Of a stretch of DNA of 64,000 bases, positions 35,917-46,014 are shown in pieces; the first letter of the stretch is position 1; each line of letters opens with the position of its first letter. The DNA is from a virus (taxonomy: Duplodnaviria > Caudoviricetes). The notes beneath the pieces are model-generated. The model had not been told where the DNA came from and did not search any database. It saw only the letters and a program-made list of their open reading frames with translations. Both the position numbers and the translations under genes were made by a program. The stretch lies in IMG/VR virus record IMGVR_UViG_3300028805_003982. One strand, given 5' to 3'.

Positions 35917-36273
35917 ATGAACACGCATGAATTGAAGATATTACCGAGATGGTTTGAGGATGTATTGACCGGCAAGAAGAATTTTGAGATCCGCAGAAAT
36001 GACCGAGATTTTAGAGTGGGCGATTATCTCCTGCTTAAGGAATACGAGCCAGCAATTGCGAAGTTTAGTGGCAGAGAGATTATGAAGCGGATTCAGTATA
36101 TCTACGAAGGTGATGGGGCTTACGGTTTGTCGGAAGGGTTCTGTGTTCTCGGATTGGAGGCTTATAAATGTTGCCCAAAGAATTGCAGAGAATGTCCTTA
36201 TAAGACTTTTGATAGTGATAGCAGTCAGGAATTTATCTGTGATTTGTATGGTCATCCTATATATCCTGTATGA
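35917..36273 (+). CDS. ASCH/PUA-like (DUF3850) protein
   Basis: HELKI, GKKNFEIRRNDRDFRVGD.L.L.E. Confidence 0.85.
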   Translation: MNTHELKILPRWFEDVLTGKKNFEIRRNDRDFRVGDYLLLKEYEPAIAKFSGREIMKRIQYIYEGDGAYGLSEGFCVLGLEAYKCCPKNCRECPYKTFDSDSSQEFICDLYGHPIYPV

Positions 36274-37072
36274 AAGGCGGTGCGGAATGAATTTTATTGA
36301 TTTTCTTTCACAAAGATTTGAAACAGAGCTTGAAGGGCCGCTGCAATTTGGTGATGAAGTTATAGATGAATACGGTATCAAAGCCGTAGTGGTTCGAGAT
36401 CCCTATCCGCTCGGTTCTGATAAGGAGCTTTTTACCTTAATCTATTATGGAAGGATTTTGTCTTCGACATGCGTCAGAAATCTTAAAAAGACCGGGAAAA
36501 GTTATGCTAAAGAACTTAATACAATTTTTAACGGATTGAAGGAAGGCGGTGTGGAATGAAATGTCCTAAATGCGGTGCTGATATGGTTTGGATGGGTAAT
36601 GTCCAAATCTTGATTAAAGATACAGATAAATACCTTCATCGATTATCCAAGAAAGCATTTCGTAGTAAAGATATTCAATTGTTGGGAGTTGATTGGAGCA
36701 AAGGCGATTTATATTGTCCTAACTATTTACAGTGTGGAAATCATCCAATATTGAAAGGCGATGCGAAATGACTAACGCAGAAAAGTATGAAGAAGTTTTT
36801 GGATTTAAGCCAGCATATGTTTGTCCAACTTGTACTTGTTCAAATTGTCCTATCGGCTTAATTACTTGTCAGATGAATAAGTATGCGTTGATACCAATAG
36901 CGAAGTGGTGGAATGAAGAATATAAAGGTGGTGCAAAATGAAAGGCGGTGTGGTTGCAAATGCTACATGTTGGGAGTGCAGTTCACGCGGAATGGTTTCT
37001 TGTAAAACAAGTTTAGTCAAGAAAGTTGACTTTTAGTCAAGGAATTAGTCAAGGAAAAAGAGGCAGAGAGAT

Positions 37073-37657
37073 ATGAAACGGAAAGAAACAACGAAACCGT
37101 TGACGGAAATCCTGATACAAGACAGGCTTTCTGATCGCAAATACTATGCCAAAGAAGTTACACTGGATTATGGAACGAATCACGCAAAGCGGATAGATGT
37201 AATGCAATTTGTACCGGCCGGCGTGGTGCACACTTCTGATATTGAAAAGGGTATTTTCATCTGCTATGAAGTCAAGTCCTGCCGAGAGGATGTTTATTCC
37301 GGTAACGGACTTAATTTCTTCGGCGAGAAAAATTATATCGTGACCACGATGGAGACTTATAAAAGGCTCCAGGATGATTATCGAGAAGGAGTTCTTGACA
37401 GGTATATTGAGGAAAATTACCCCGAATCGTCTCCGTGCTATGGTTTCATGGTACCGGTGCCTGCACATCTTGATCTGCGCGACGCGAATGCCGTATATGA
37501 AGAATTCCAAAATCCTACTGCGTTTACGGGACCGGCAAAAGACTGGAAGCTTTGGATGGCAATCCCTTGCAGGGAGCATGGGCGGAGCAGGTCTACCGTG
37601 GAACTTCTGTTCTGTATGCTGCGGAGCAAACATTCTGATACAAATCAGAGCGCTTGA
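37073..37657 (+). CDS. PD-(D/E)XK nuclease-like protein
   Basis: KEV...RIDV...YEVKS...D. Confidence 0.65.
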   Translation: MKRKETTKPLTEILIQDRLSDRKYYAKEVTLDYGTNHAKRIDVMQFVPAGVVHTSDIEKGIFICYEVKSCREDVYSGNGLNFFGEKNYIVTTMETYKRLQDDYREGVLDRYIEENYPESSPCYGFMVPVPAHLDLRDANAVYEEFQNPTAFTGPAKDWKLWMAIPCREHGRSRSTVELLFCMLRSKHSDTNQSA

Positions 37658-38987
37658 TAGGAGGGCGATATGGATTGTCCTTATTATGAAAAGGAGAAGA
37701 AAAATGACACTTGAAGAAAAAATCAAGCTTTGTGAAGAAAAGGCTAAAGAACAAAGGTCTAAAGCGGTAGGCTATTTTAATGGCAGTTATAGTTCACAGA
37801 TAGAGGGTAAAGCTTGTCTTAAATGTGCAGACGAACACGAACAGCTGGCTGCGTGGCTTACGCAATTAAAAAGATTAAAGGAAGCCTATGAATCTGACTA
37901 TCAGATAGATGACTTGATACAGGTTTGTTTAGATATTTGGGGGTGAGGAAGAATGACCTTTTACTGCGAAGATTGCAAATTTATTGACGAGTGTAAACCT
38001 CATAAAGATAATCCACAATCCATTGGTTGTTGTGATTTTGGATTGTTTGATGATGAGGGTTTAATTGAGGATTGGGATATAGAAAGGAGCGATGAAAAAT
38101 GATGGACATCGAAGCTAAAGCAAGGTGGATATGCTGTCCTATGTGCGACAGAGATACTTGCAACAGGAATGCCAACGATTGCGATGTGAAGATATGGCTT
38201 GAAAAACATAAGGAAGAGAGTGATGAATAATGGCGATTACGGTTTTACAATGTTTTGAATATCAACTTGAATGCGATGTTTGTGGTGATTGGGAAGTTTT
38301 GCATACAGGTGATGGCGTAAGGTCGGGCGAATATGTTCACGACATTGAGAGTGCAAGAAGGTGTTGCAATTATCACACTAGTAAGGGTTTAGTTCTTTGT
38401 GACAAGTGTTTTAAGGAAAGAAAGGCGGTGCGGAATGAAGCTGATGATTGATGTAGATGAAAAAGTATATCGCTTTACTAAAGCAAACCCTTCCTGGAAT
38501 GATGGAGTTAATGCAAAGCATATTCTTGATGCGGTCAGAAAAGGCAAGCCGCTTCCGGATATAGACGCATTGAAAAAGGCAATAAATGACGCTTATGAAG
38601 AATATGACGGCTATGACCCACACGACTTGAGTAGATTTGCTGAGCGGGTTGAAGATTTAATCGACAACGCCCTGACAGTAAATGAAGATAGGGATATAGG
38701 AAGGAGTGAGGGAGGATTCAGGTAATGAAAATAACAGATGATGATTTTGGAGCCCTTGCTGTATGCGCAATAAGGTATTGTCAGGGTAGAAAAACTTATA
38801 TGCCCGAGTTAGTCCGAGGAATAGTTCGAAAGCATATATCAGAAGTAACCGATAAGGACTTGCAAGTAATGATAAATGATTGCGAGTCTCAAGTAACCAT
38901 GCAACTTTGGGGCGATGAGCTGATTGATAAGCAAGGTTGGCTGGAGTGGAAAGACTTCTTGATAAAAGAGCAGAAAAGGAGAAAAGA

Positions 38988-39818
38988 ATGAGTAAAGCAG
39001 ATGTTTATTTTCAGAAAGATATAGAACACATCTTAAATGACGGGTTTTATGATGTTGATCCGAGACCTAAGTATGCAGACGGTACGCCGGCACATACGAT
39101 CAGCGTTAATCACAACGTTCGTCAATATGACATGTCCAAGAACGAATTCCCAATCTGTACGTTAAGGAAGATGCCCTGGAAGACGGCGATTCGTGAGATG
39201 TTTACAGTGTATCTCCGTCCTACCAACAACATCGCCGAGATGAAGGAAGATGGTGTTACGTGGTGGGACAGCTGGGATATCGGCGACGGCACCATCGGTC
39301 AGCGTTACGGTGCTACCGTTGCCAGATATCATCTTCTCGATAAGCTTGTTGAGGATATTAAAAACGACCCATATGGCAGGAGAAAGATAATGTCATTGTG
39401 GCAGGAAGCAGACCTTGCTGAGACTGCAGGTCTTGCACCTTGCGCATTCTGCACCATCTGGAACGTCAGAGGAGAATATCTTGATATGATGCTCATCCAG
39501 AGGTCCGGTGATATGTGTGTTGCTTCGGGTGCGGGGCATTCCAACGAGATTCAGTATGCTGCACTTCTTATGATGGTCGCTAATTCCACCGGTTATAAGC
39601 CGGGTGTGTTCACACATGTTGTTGCAAATGAACAGATCTATGACAGACATATCGATAATGCCAAGGAGCTGCTTAGCAGAACACCCTCCGAGAAGAATCC
39701 CGTATTAAGGATCAAAAAGGAGCCCGGCTGCGACATCCATTTATACACCATAGCTGATTTTGAACTTATTGATTATGAACCCAATACTGATCAGCTTAAG
39801 TTCGATCTCGGCATTTGA
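38988..39818 (+). CDS. thyA: thymidylate synthase
   Basis: PYGRR, LAPCAF, QRSGD, QIYDRH. Confidence 0.93.
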   Translation: MSKADVYFQKDIEHILNDGFYDVDPRPKYADGTPAHTISVNHNVRQYDMSKNEFPICTLRKMPWKTAIREMFTVYLRPTNNIAEMKEDGVTWWDSWDIGDGTIGQRYGATVARYHLLDKLVEDIKNDPYGRRKIMSLWQEADLAETAGLAPCAFCTIWNVRGEYLDMMLIQRSGDMCVASGAGHSNEIQYAALLMMVANSTGYKPGVFTHVVANEQIYDRHIDNAKELLSRTPSEKNPVLRIKKEPGCDIHLYTIADFELIDYEPNTDQLKFDLGI

Positions 39819-39831
39819 TCAGGAGGTTCTT

Positions 39832-40218
39832 ATGGGCACTATGATATATGGTGGAACTACTCTAAACGGTATTATCATCCAGGATGAACTGGATGATTCC
39901 TATTGTTATGATTACATTAACGAGCATGTGGAAAATTTCTTTGTGCGACTTGTACAAAGTTACGAGAATGGTTCTATGCAGACTGCGCATCCTGCGCTGG
40001 CTCTTTTTGCCAACGATGAACCTTTAATCCCTCTTTATGCAGAGGTTATTGCAGAGGATTGGGGTGACATCAGATCAACAGATATTTCGTTTAATGGAAA
40101 GTTTTACGATGCGCTTGCAGCCTTCTGGAAGAAGGTCATTGCTGATTTTAACAGCATTTATGTAACTGCTAAGGCTGAAGGGTTATTGCAGGTTCCGGAA
40201 GACAACAAAGATTTATAA
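39832..40218 (+). CDS. hypothetical protein
   Basis: AGGAGG RBS. Confidence 0.65.
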   Translation: MGTMIYGGTTLNGIIIQDELDDSYCYDYINEHVENFFVRLVQSYENGSMQTAHPALALFANDEPLIPLYAEVIAEDWGDIRSTDISFNGKFYDALAAFWKKVIADFNSIYVTAKAEGLLQVPEDNKDL

Positions 40219-40233
40219 GAAAGGAAATCTGTT

Positions 40234-40728
40234 ATGGGTTTGGAAGGATTGTTTATAGGCATCATAGGTACGGCAGTATTAATCGCGGCTTCTTATTTTA
40301 TAGCAGTCCGCATTTCGCGTACATACCGGAATGCCAAGCTGAAAACGGTGATCTACGGTATAACCGTGCTCCTGGTAGCCGGCTGGTGGATCTGTCTTGC
40401 CTGGTGTCAGCAGGGTCTCTCATCCGGGGCGTCGGTCAAAAAGTTGCAAAACAGTGGCTTTACGCAGGGCGTTGAGAAAATAATTACCGTTTATGATACA
40501 GATGGAGACGTATTAGAACAGTACCGGGGTAAGTTTGATCTTGAATATGGTGACGAATGTATCACATTTAACGACATCGGAGGCAACAGGCACCTGATCA
40601 GCTATTCATCCGGAACAGTTACCGTACATGAGGTGTCCGGCAGCTCCGTGTTCCCTACTCCGACTCCGCAGCCGACGCCTGCTGCCGTTAACCCGAGCCC
40701 TACGATCGTCGCCGCCACGGATGAATAA
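40234..40728 (+). CDS. membrane protein with Pro/Thr tail
   Basis: Two hydrophobic helices. Confidence 0.65.
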   Translation: MGLEGLFIGIIGTAVLIAASYFIAVRISRTYRNAKLKTVIYGITVLLVAGWWICLAWCQQGLSSGASVKKLQNSGFTQGVEKIITVYDTDGDVLEQYRGKFDLEYGDECITFNDIGGNRHLISYSSGTVTVHEVSGSSVFPTPTPQPTPAAVNPSPTIVAATDE

Positions 40729-40790
40729 ATGATAAGGAGTTTTCTGCGGGGCTAAGTTCAGAATACCCTAAGTGAATAAAGGAGGCGTTT

Positions 40791-41147
40791 ATGGACGGAT
40801 TAGACATCATCAAAGCCGATTATATCTATACCGGAGGCAACATATACCTTTTCTGGGGACAGTTATCCGATAACACATTCTTTTTGGCAGACGGTGATCT
40901 GTTCGACGTAACGATTGTTAATGCCGATCCGGATCTGTTTGATACAGCTGATGAGATCTGGCAGCCCGAGTGGCAGAAAGAGCATCTCGTGCGCTATGCC
41001 GATACTGAATCCGAAGGGCCTGCGTTTGTTATCCGGGTGATCGATTTTATCAAAGAACACAATAAAGACAAGCAGTATATAGACCCTTATCTGGATAATA
41101 TCCGGGACGATGCCGAGAACTACGTCGGTCATATAGGCTGGAGATAA
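40791..41147 (+). CDS. hypothetical protein
   Basis: AGGAGG RBS; YTGGNIY motif. Confidence 0.7.
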   Translation: MDGLDIIKADYIYTGGNIYLFWGQLSDNTFFLADGDLFDVTIVNADPDLFDTADEIWQPEWQKEHLVRYADTESEGPAFVIRVIDFIKEHNKDKQYIDPYLDNIRDDAENYVGHIGWR

Positions 41148-41436
41148 ATAAGGAGGATCGTAATATGGCTGAGACCGGTTATTTATATATGGCGGAAGTA
41201 ACCAAGTTCGGACCCGGCGGGTTTGAAAAGAGCGGAGAGATCTCGCTTATACCCGACGACGGCTCCTTTAAACCCTTTCATACTGAATTCGGAAGGTTTG
41301 ATGGTAGCGATGACGGATCTGTTGACAGGGCTGCTTTTAAGACTAAGGAAGAGGCTTTGGAGTGGCTGGAAGCGCATCAGGTCTGGCCGTGTGAGATCAC
41401 AGACAATACTTTGGATCAAGAAGGACCTTCTATATA

Positions 41437-42195
41437 ATGATATATATTACAGGAGACACCCATGGCAAGATAGACCTTGAAAGGATAGCTGCGTTTTCTT
41501 CTTCTGCTAACGGCAAAAAGCTCACAAAAGAAGATTACCTTATCGTTTTGGGAGATTTTGGCTGCTGCTGGTTCGGCAAGCCGAGAAAAGGTACAAAGTG
41601 GTATTATGCCCTGGAGGCCGACGGTCTTCTGGATTACGATTCAGATGTCAAGGGTTTTTGGAGAACCAGAAACTGGACAACACTGTTTATTGACGGCAAC
41701 CATGAAAATCACGATCTTCTGGATAAATATCCGATATCTGAATGGCATGGTGGCAAGGTGCATTTCATTGCAGATAACGTGATACATCTCATGCGCGGGC
41801 AGGTTTTTGACATTGAAGGAAAGACTTTCTTTACCATGGGTGGAGCGCAATCTACTGATAAGGAATACCGTAAGCCGGGTAAATCCTGGTGGGCCAGAGA
41901 GATGCCTTCTGATGCAGAATATAAAGAGGCTTTGGCAAACCTCGAAAAGCATGATATGAAGGTAGACTATGTTCTTACGCACTGCTGCCCCGAAAGATAT
42001 ATCAGCACGATGATGAGAGCGGTCTATAACCGGTCTAACAATCAGCTCACCGGATTTTTCGAGCATTTATTGATCGATCTAAACCTGGATTTCGGGCACT
42101 GGTATTTCGGGCATTACCACTGGAATGAGGATAAGGGCCGGTTTCACTTAATGTACCGTAACATCCGACAGATCGATGAAATTAATGAAAAATAA
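41437..42195 (+). CDS. metallophosphoesterase
   Basis: GDTHG, GDFG, GNHE, GHYH. Confidence 0.9.
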   Translation: MIYITGDTHGKIDLERIAAFSSSANGKKLTKEDYLIVLGDFGCCWFGKPRKGTKWYYALEADGLLDYDSDVKGFWRTRNWTTLFIDGNHENHDLLDKYPISEWHGGKVHFIADNVIHLMRGQVFDIEGKTFFTMGGAQSTDKEYRKPGKSWWAREMPSDAEYKEALANLEKHDMKVDYVLTHCCPERYISTMMRAVYNRSNNQLTGFFEHLLIDLNLDFGHWYFGHYHWNEDKGRFHLMYRNIRQIDEINEK

Positions 42196-42293
42196 ACAAA
42201 TGATAACCCCAAAACGCGGGATATCTGCCTATTTACGGTTTATGCTGTAATAATAAAACCAGAATGATCCAAGAGTTTTTCGGAGGAGTATTC

Positions 42294-42722
42294 ATGAATC
42301 ATAATGTAAAAGCTTTCTTTACGGACAACGGTCGCTGCGTTGGTGTTGCAGACCCTGCCGACACAGAAAAATACGTGAATATGCATCAAATCCTGCGCAA
42401 TTGCTTCGGTAATGTTACAGTCCGGAGTATCGAAGATGTGATAACGGAACCGTCTGATTTTGCAAAACAGCTTGAACAGTTGTGTGAGAGCACCGGCGTA
42501 GGATACGTAGATGACATCGCAGCCCGTGCCGTCGGCGTGTATATTGAAGGCGACTGGAAACATGATCACAGATTCTTTGATGATTGTGTTAAAACGGTTT
42601 TTGGTGTTAATCCCGTAGCTGAAGATATTGTCGGTCACTCGGATTCCGACTGGTACGAATCCGTTCATTATTATCCGGTAGGTCTGGAGCTTACTCTGGA
42701 AATAGATCGTCCCCTGATCTGA
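42294..42722 (+). CDS. hypothetical protein
   Basis: GGAGG RBS. Confidence 0.65.
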   Translation: MNHNVKAFFTDNGRCVGVADPADTEKYVNMHQILRNCFGNVTVRSIEDVITEPSDFAKQLEQLCESTGVGYVDDIAARAVGVYIEGDWKHDHRFFDDCVKTVFGVNPVAEDIVGHSDSDWYESVHYYPVGLELTLEIDRPLI

Positions 42723-42816
42723 TCTTCTATATTCCGCAAAATGGAAACCCGGACAAAAATTAACAGGTGACAAATTATTTATATTTGTTAAAATTATACA
42801 AACACAAGGCGTGATT

Positions 42817-43108
42817 TTGGTGTCATTTCAACAAATGAAATTGGTGTCAAATTGGTGTCAAACACCCCGCAAAGGCCCGTATTTAAAGGGCTTTACAAAT
42901 GTTTGAACAAAGTCAACAAATTTGTTCAAAAAATACTTTACAAAATCTTGTGACCCTTATAACTACTGGGTCTGTCGCTACCTAAAAAGACACCATATTT
43001 TTGGTCCGTTTTTTCCTAATGTATCAAATATGCGTTGTTTTTATCAAATTAAGGTGTCTGCCTTGCCCGTTTTGGTGTCAGCAATTTGACACCAATTTGG
43101 TGTCAAAT
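42817..43108. repeat. TTGGTGTCA(A) repeat clusters; candidate attP arm sites
   Basis: Copies at 42817, 42841, 42852, 43072, 43097 and inverted at 43086. Confidence 0.65.
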
Positions 43109-43413
43109 CAAAGAGATTTTTCTGATTTTCGGCTGTCCTATTATAGGTACTGTCTTTTTAGGGGCTTTTGGAAACTCCGCCGAAAACCGAAAACAACTAT
43201 ATGCGTTTCCGGGGATCTTGCCTCAGGTATCGGAGCTTATTATTTAAAATAATATCCTTAACTTTATCGTCGACGGATCAGCTGCTAAAAAAAAATATTT
43301 TTCACAGATTTTGAAAAAAGTTTGCCAAACGAGGGTATTACTCCCTGTTTACCAACGGGCATGTGTTAGACTTAGGTCAGGATACAAATACAGAAAGGAC
43401 GGAGAAAATCCAT

Positions 43414-44403
43414 ATGTCGAACTTTAACATTTCGCGTAGGGAGATAACAGAGTATCTGAAGCTGTCTTCTCCCGTATTCGATCTCGCATTTGCTCTTAAC
43501 AAGGGTAATCTCGAAGGCGAATACAAGCAGGATTCAAAGGGTTATTACCACTTTAACCCGAAGGCGATCGACCTGATGGAAGAGTTTTTGGAGGGCTTTG
43601 ATGAGAGAAAGATCACTCTTGATGAAGTATCTTCCGTAATAGGCGCTCCCGCAGATCAGATCTACTACGCATTGTCCGGAGCGGCGCTTGAAAGCCAGTG
43701 TCTTATCACAAACCTGGTTCCTTCATTTAAGAAGTCAGGCAGCTCTTTCGGAACATTCACATTTAAGGGGTGCGATTCAGACGCTCTCTTGAATATCATC
43801 AAGGATCTCCAGAAGAATGAGGATCAGACCTCCGAGGCACCGGAGACATCTGAGACATCAGATCTTCCCGAAGAGATCGGAGATGAAGCACCCGACACAG
43901 CAGAATCCACAAATACTACAGACACTAAAGGAGACAACAACATGAGCGACAACACAGTATTTAACCCCGGCGAACTTTTCGGACTTTCAGAAGTAGCAGC
44001 ACCCGAGCCTGCACCCGCTCCCGTAGAGCAGGCAGCAATGCCCGTAGAAGTAGCGGCACCCGAGCCCACACCTGCACCCGCGCCTACACCCGCGCCTGCT
44101 GAGGCTAAGACGCCCGCAGCTCCCAAGAAGGTCAGGAAGAACAAGTACTCGCTGGATAAGAAGTTCTACACGGAAGCGGCAGATCCCGAGAAGATCGACG
44201 TCAAGGCGGTTCGTAACTTCTTCATCGAAGGCAAGGTGGTCAAGCTCGAAGAGATCGCCGTTATGAGCGACAACGAGATCATCAACCGCTTCGCTAACGA
44301 ATACTACCTCCTCACGACAGAGAAGGGATACGTATTCATCAACAAGGAATGGATCAAGGACAACATCGCCGGAATTACGGACAATGTGTTCCTTGTAAAC
44401 TAA
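43414..44403 (+). CDS. hypothetical protein with Pro/Ala-rich linker
   Basis: Motif promoter upstream, terminator at 44431-44460. Confidence 0.75.
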   Translation: MSNFNISRREITEYLKLSSPVFDLAFALNKGNLEGEYKQDSKGYYHFNPKAIDLMEEFLEGFDERKITLDEVSSVIGAPADQIYYALSGAALESQCLITNLVPSFKKSGSSFGTFTFKGCDSDALLNIIKDLQKNEDQTSEAPETSETSDLPEEIGDEAPDTAESTNTTDTKGDNNMSDNTVFNPGELFGLSEVAAPEPAPAPVEQAAMPVEVAAPEPTPAPAPTPAPAEAKTPAAPKKVRKNKYSLDKKFYTEAADPEKIDVKAVRNFFIEGKVVKLEEIAVMSDNEIINRFANEYYLLTTEKGYVFINKEWIKDNIAGITDNVFLVN

Positions 44404-44532
44404 GCCATTTTCTCCTCCCTATCCTACGCAAGGCCGCGGATCTAACAAATCCGCGGTTTTGTTATGTTGTCCGATAGCACAAGAAAACGCTATATGTCCG
44501 TACGGATGGTATAATATAAGCAGTAATTATTT

Positions 44533-45966
44533 GTGGAGGATATGTTTGTGAATTCTGACGTTGCCGGCGTTAAAAGTCTGTTTATCTCCCCGAACAAAAT
44601 GAATGCCTTTGTGAAACAAGAGATCCAGGGCATTGCTGAGGAGCGTGATTTTGTTTCTAAAGTGAAAGAATATATTCGAGGGGACTATCATCAGGGCCTT
44701 TTAATAACTGGTATCCGCAGTACAGGAAAGACCGTAGGGGTGCTGCAGGCAATCCCTTCTGATGTCAGTGCATTTTATTTTTCTCCCGTTTACCGTGGGG
44801 TTAATTTGGATTTGGATGCTTTGTGCGACATGTTTTCATCTGCAAAGGCCGATGTATGGGTGTTAGATGAGTATTCTTGGATAAATGATCCGGATCTGAA
44901 ACTGGCCAATTATTTAGCCGGACAGGCAAAGTTAGGTAAAAAGATAATCATAACCGGTACCGATTCCGCAAAAATTCACAGTTTGGTAAACAGTGAATTT
45001 GTTCACAGGGCTATAGAGTTACACACAACGGTATTTACTTATGATGAGTTCAAAAGACTGTATCATTTACCCAATAATCAGGAGACGATGAAAAGATATC
45101 TTTCTGTCGGAGGAATCTTTGAAACTTCTGTGCATGAGAATTTCGGCTCTTTACAGGACTTCATTAAAAATGCAGTCTTAGATAATCTATCCTCTTATTA
45201 TACCGGGTTTGATCCGGTTATGATCAAAGCCTGCGTTTACACCATTTTTTATGATTGTGTATGCAACCTGTTTGGTCGTGAAGGTTCAGAAGTGCCCGTA
45301 TACGGGTATGATACGGAGATATTGTCTTTAAATGAGTATCTGGAGCGAATAGGTATTGATCCGGCCATCACCATAGACAATAGCGTATTAAGTGAAATCG
45401 CGCATAAATTGTCCGAGATAGATATCGTGTTTACAATAAATGACTATAAAAGAAGAGATAACTACCGGTCTTACATAACAAATCCCTGCTTAAGCTACCA
45501 GTTGACTAAAGCCGTTTTCAACCAGGAAGATTTAAGCACCGGATATTTAGGGCGTCTTTATGAAGCCGCCGTTGTTTGCAGTACTTATGTAAAGTATGTT
45601 AAGAGTCCTGCAAATGGGTTTTATGAAACTCATTTTTTGTTCGGGCGTAAGAACCGTGAAAACTATGAGATCGATCTTATTCTTTGTGATCCCTCTTATG
45701 CATATATCATAGAAACTAAAATGAGCCATAATGATGATTTTACCCTGTCAGATAACGCCTCTATTGTCAAAGATATAATTCCCTCAATCTTAGGGGATCT
45801 GGAAATTGGCGGGCGATACGTGATTTATCAGGGCAAAGAAAAAGCCGGCATGGTTAACGGAAAAAACATAATATATACCAATAATTGGGGGATTGATTTT
45901 AAGAAAACAGAAGAGCATCTGGAGCGGTTGAAATCTTTGCCGGAGAATGATGACGGCATCAAATAA
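44533..45966 (+). CDS. P-loop ATPase with C-terminal PD-(D/E)XK-like domain
   Basis: GIRSTGKT, LDE, ITG, EIDL...IETK. Confidence 0.8.
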   Translation: MEDMFVNSDVAGVKSLFISPNKMNAFVKQEIQGIAEERDFVSKVKEYIRGDYHQGLLITGIRSTGKTVGVLQAIPSDVSAFYFSPVYRGVNLDLDALCDMFSSAKADVWVLDEYSWINDPDLKLANYLAGQAKLGKKIIITGTDSAKIHSLVNSEFVHRAIELHTTVFTYDEFKRLYHLPNNQETMKRYLSVGGIFETSVHENFGSLQDFIKNAVLDNLSSYYTGFDPVMIKACVYTIFYDCVCNLFGREGSEVPVYGYDTEILSLNEYLERIGIDPAITIDNSVLSEIAHKLSEIDIVFTINDYKRRDNYRSYITNPCLSYQLTKAVFNQEDLSTGYLGRLYEAAVVCSTYVKYVKSPANGFYETHFLFGRKNRENYEIDLILCDPSYAYIIETKMSHNDDFTLSDNASIVKDIIPSILGDLEIGGRYVIYQGKEKAGMVNGKNIIYTNNWGIDFKKTEEHLERLKSLPENDDGIK

Positions 45967-46014
45967 AACGCTTGCATATAGTACAAAAAGGTTTTGCCTT
46001 TTTGTGAGTGTTGC

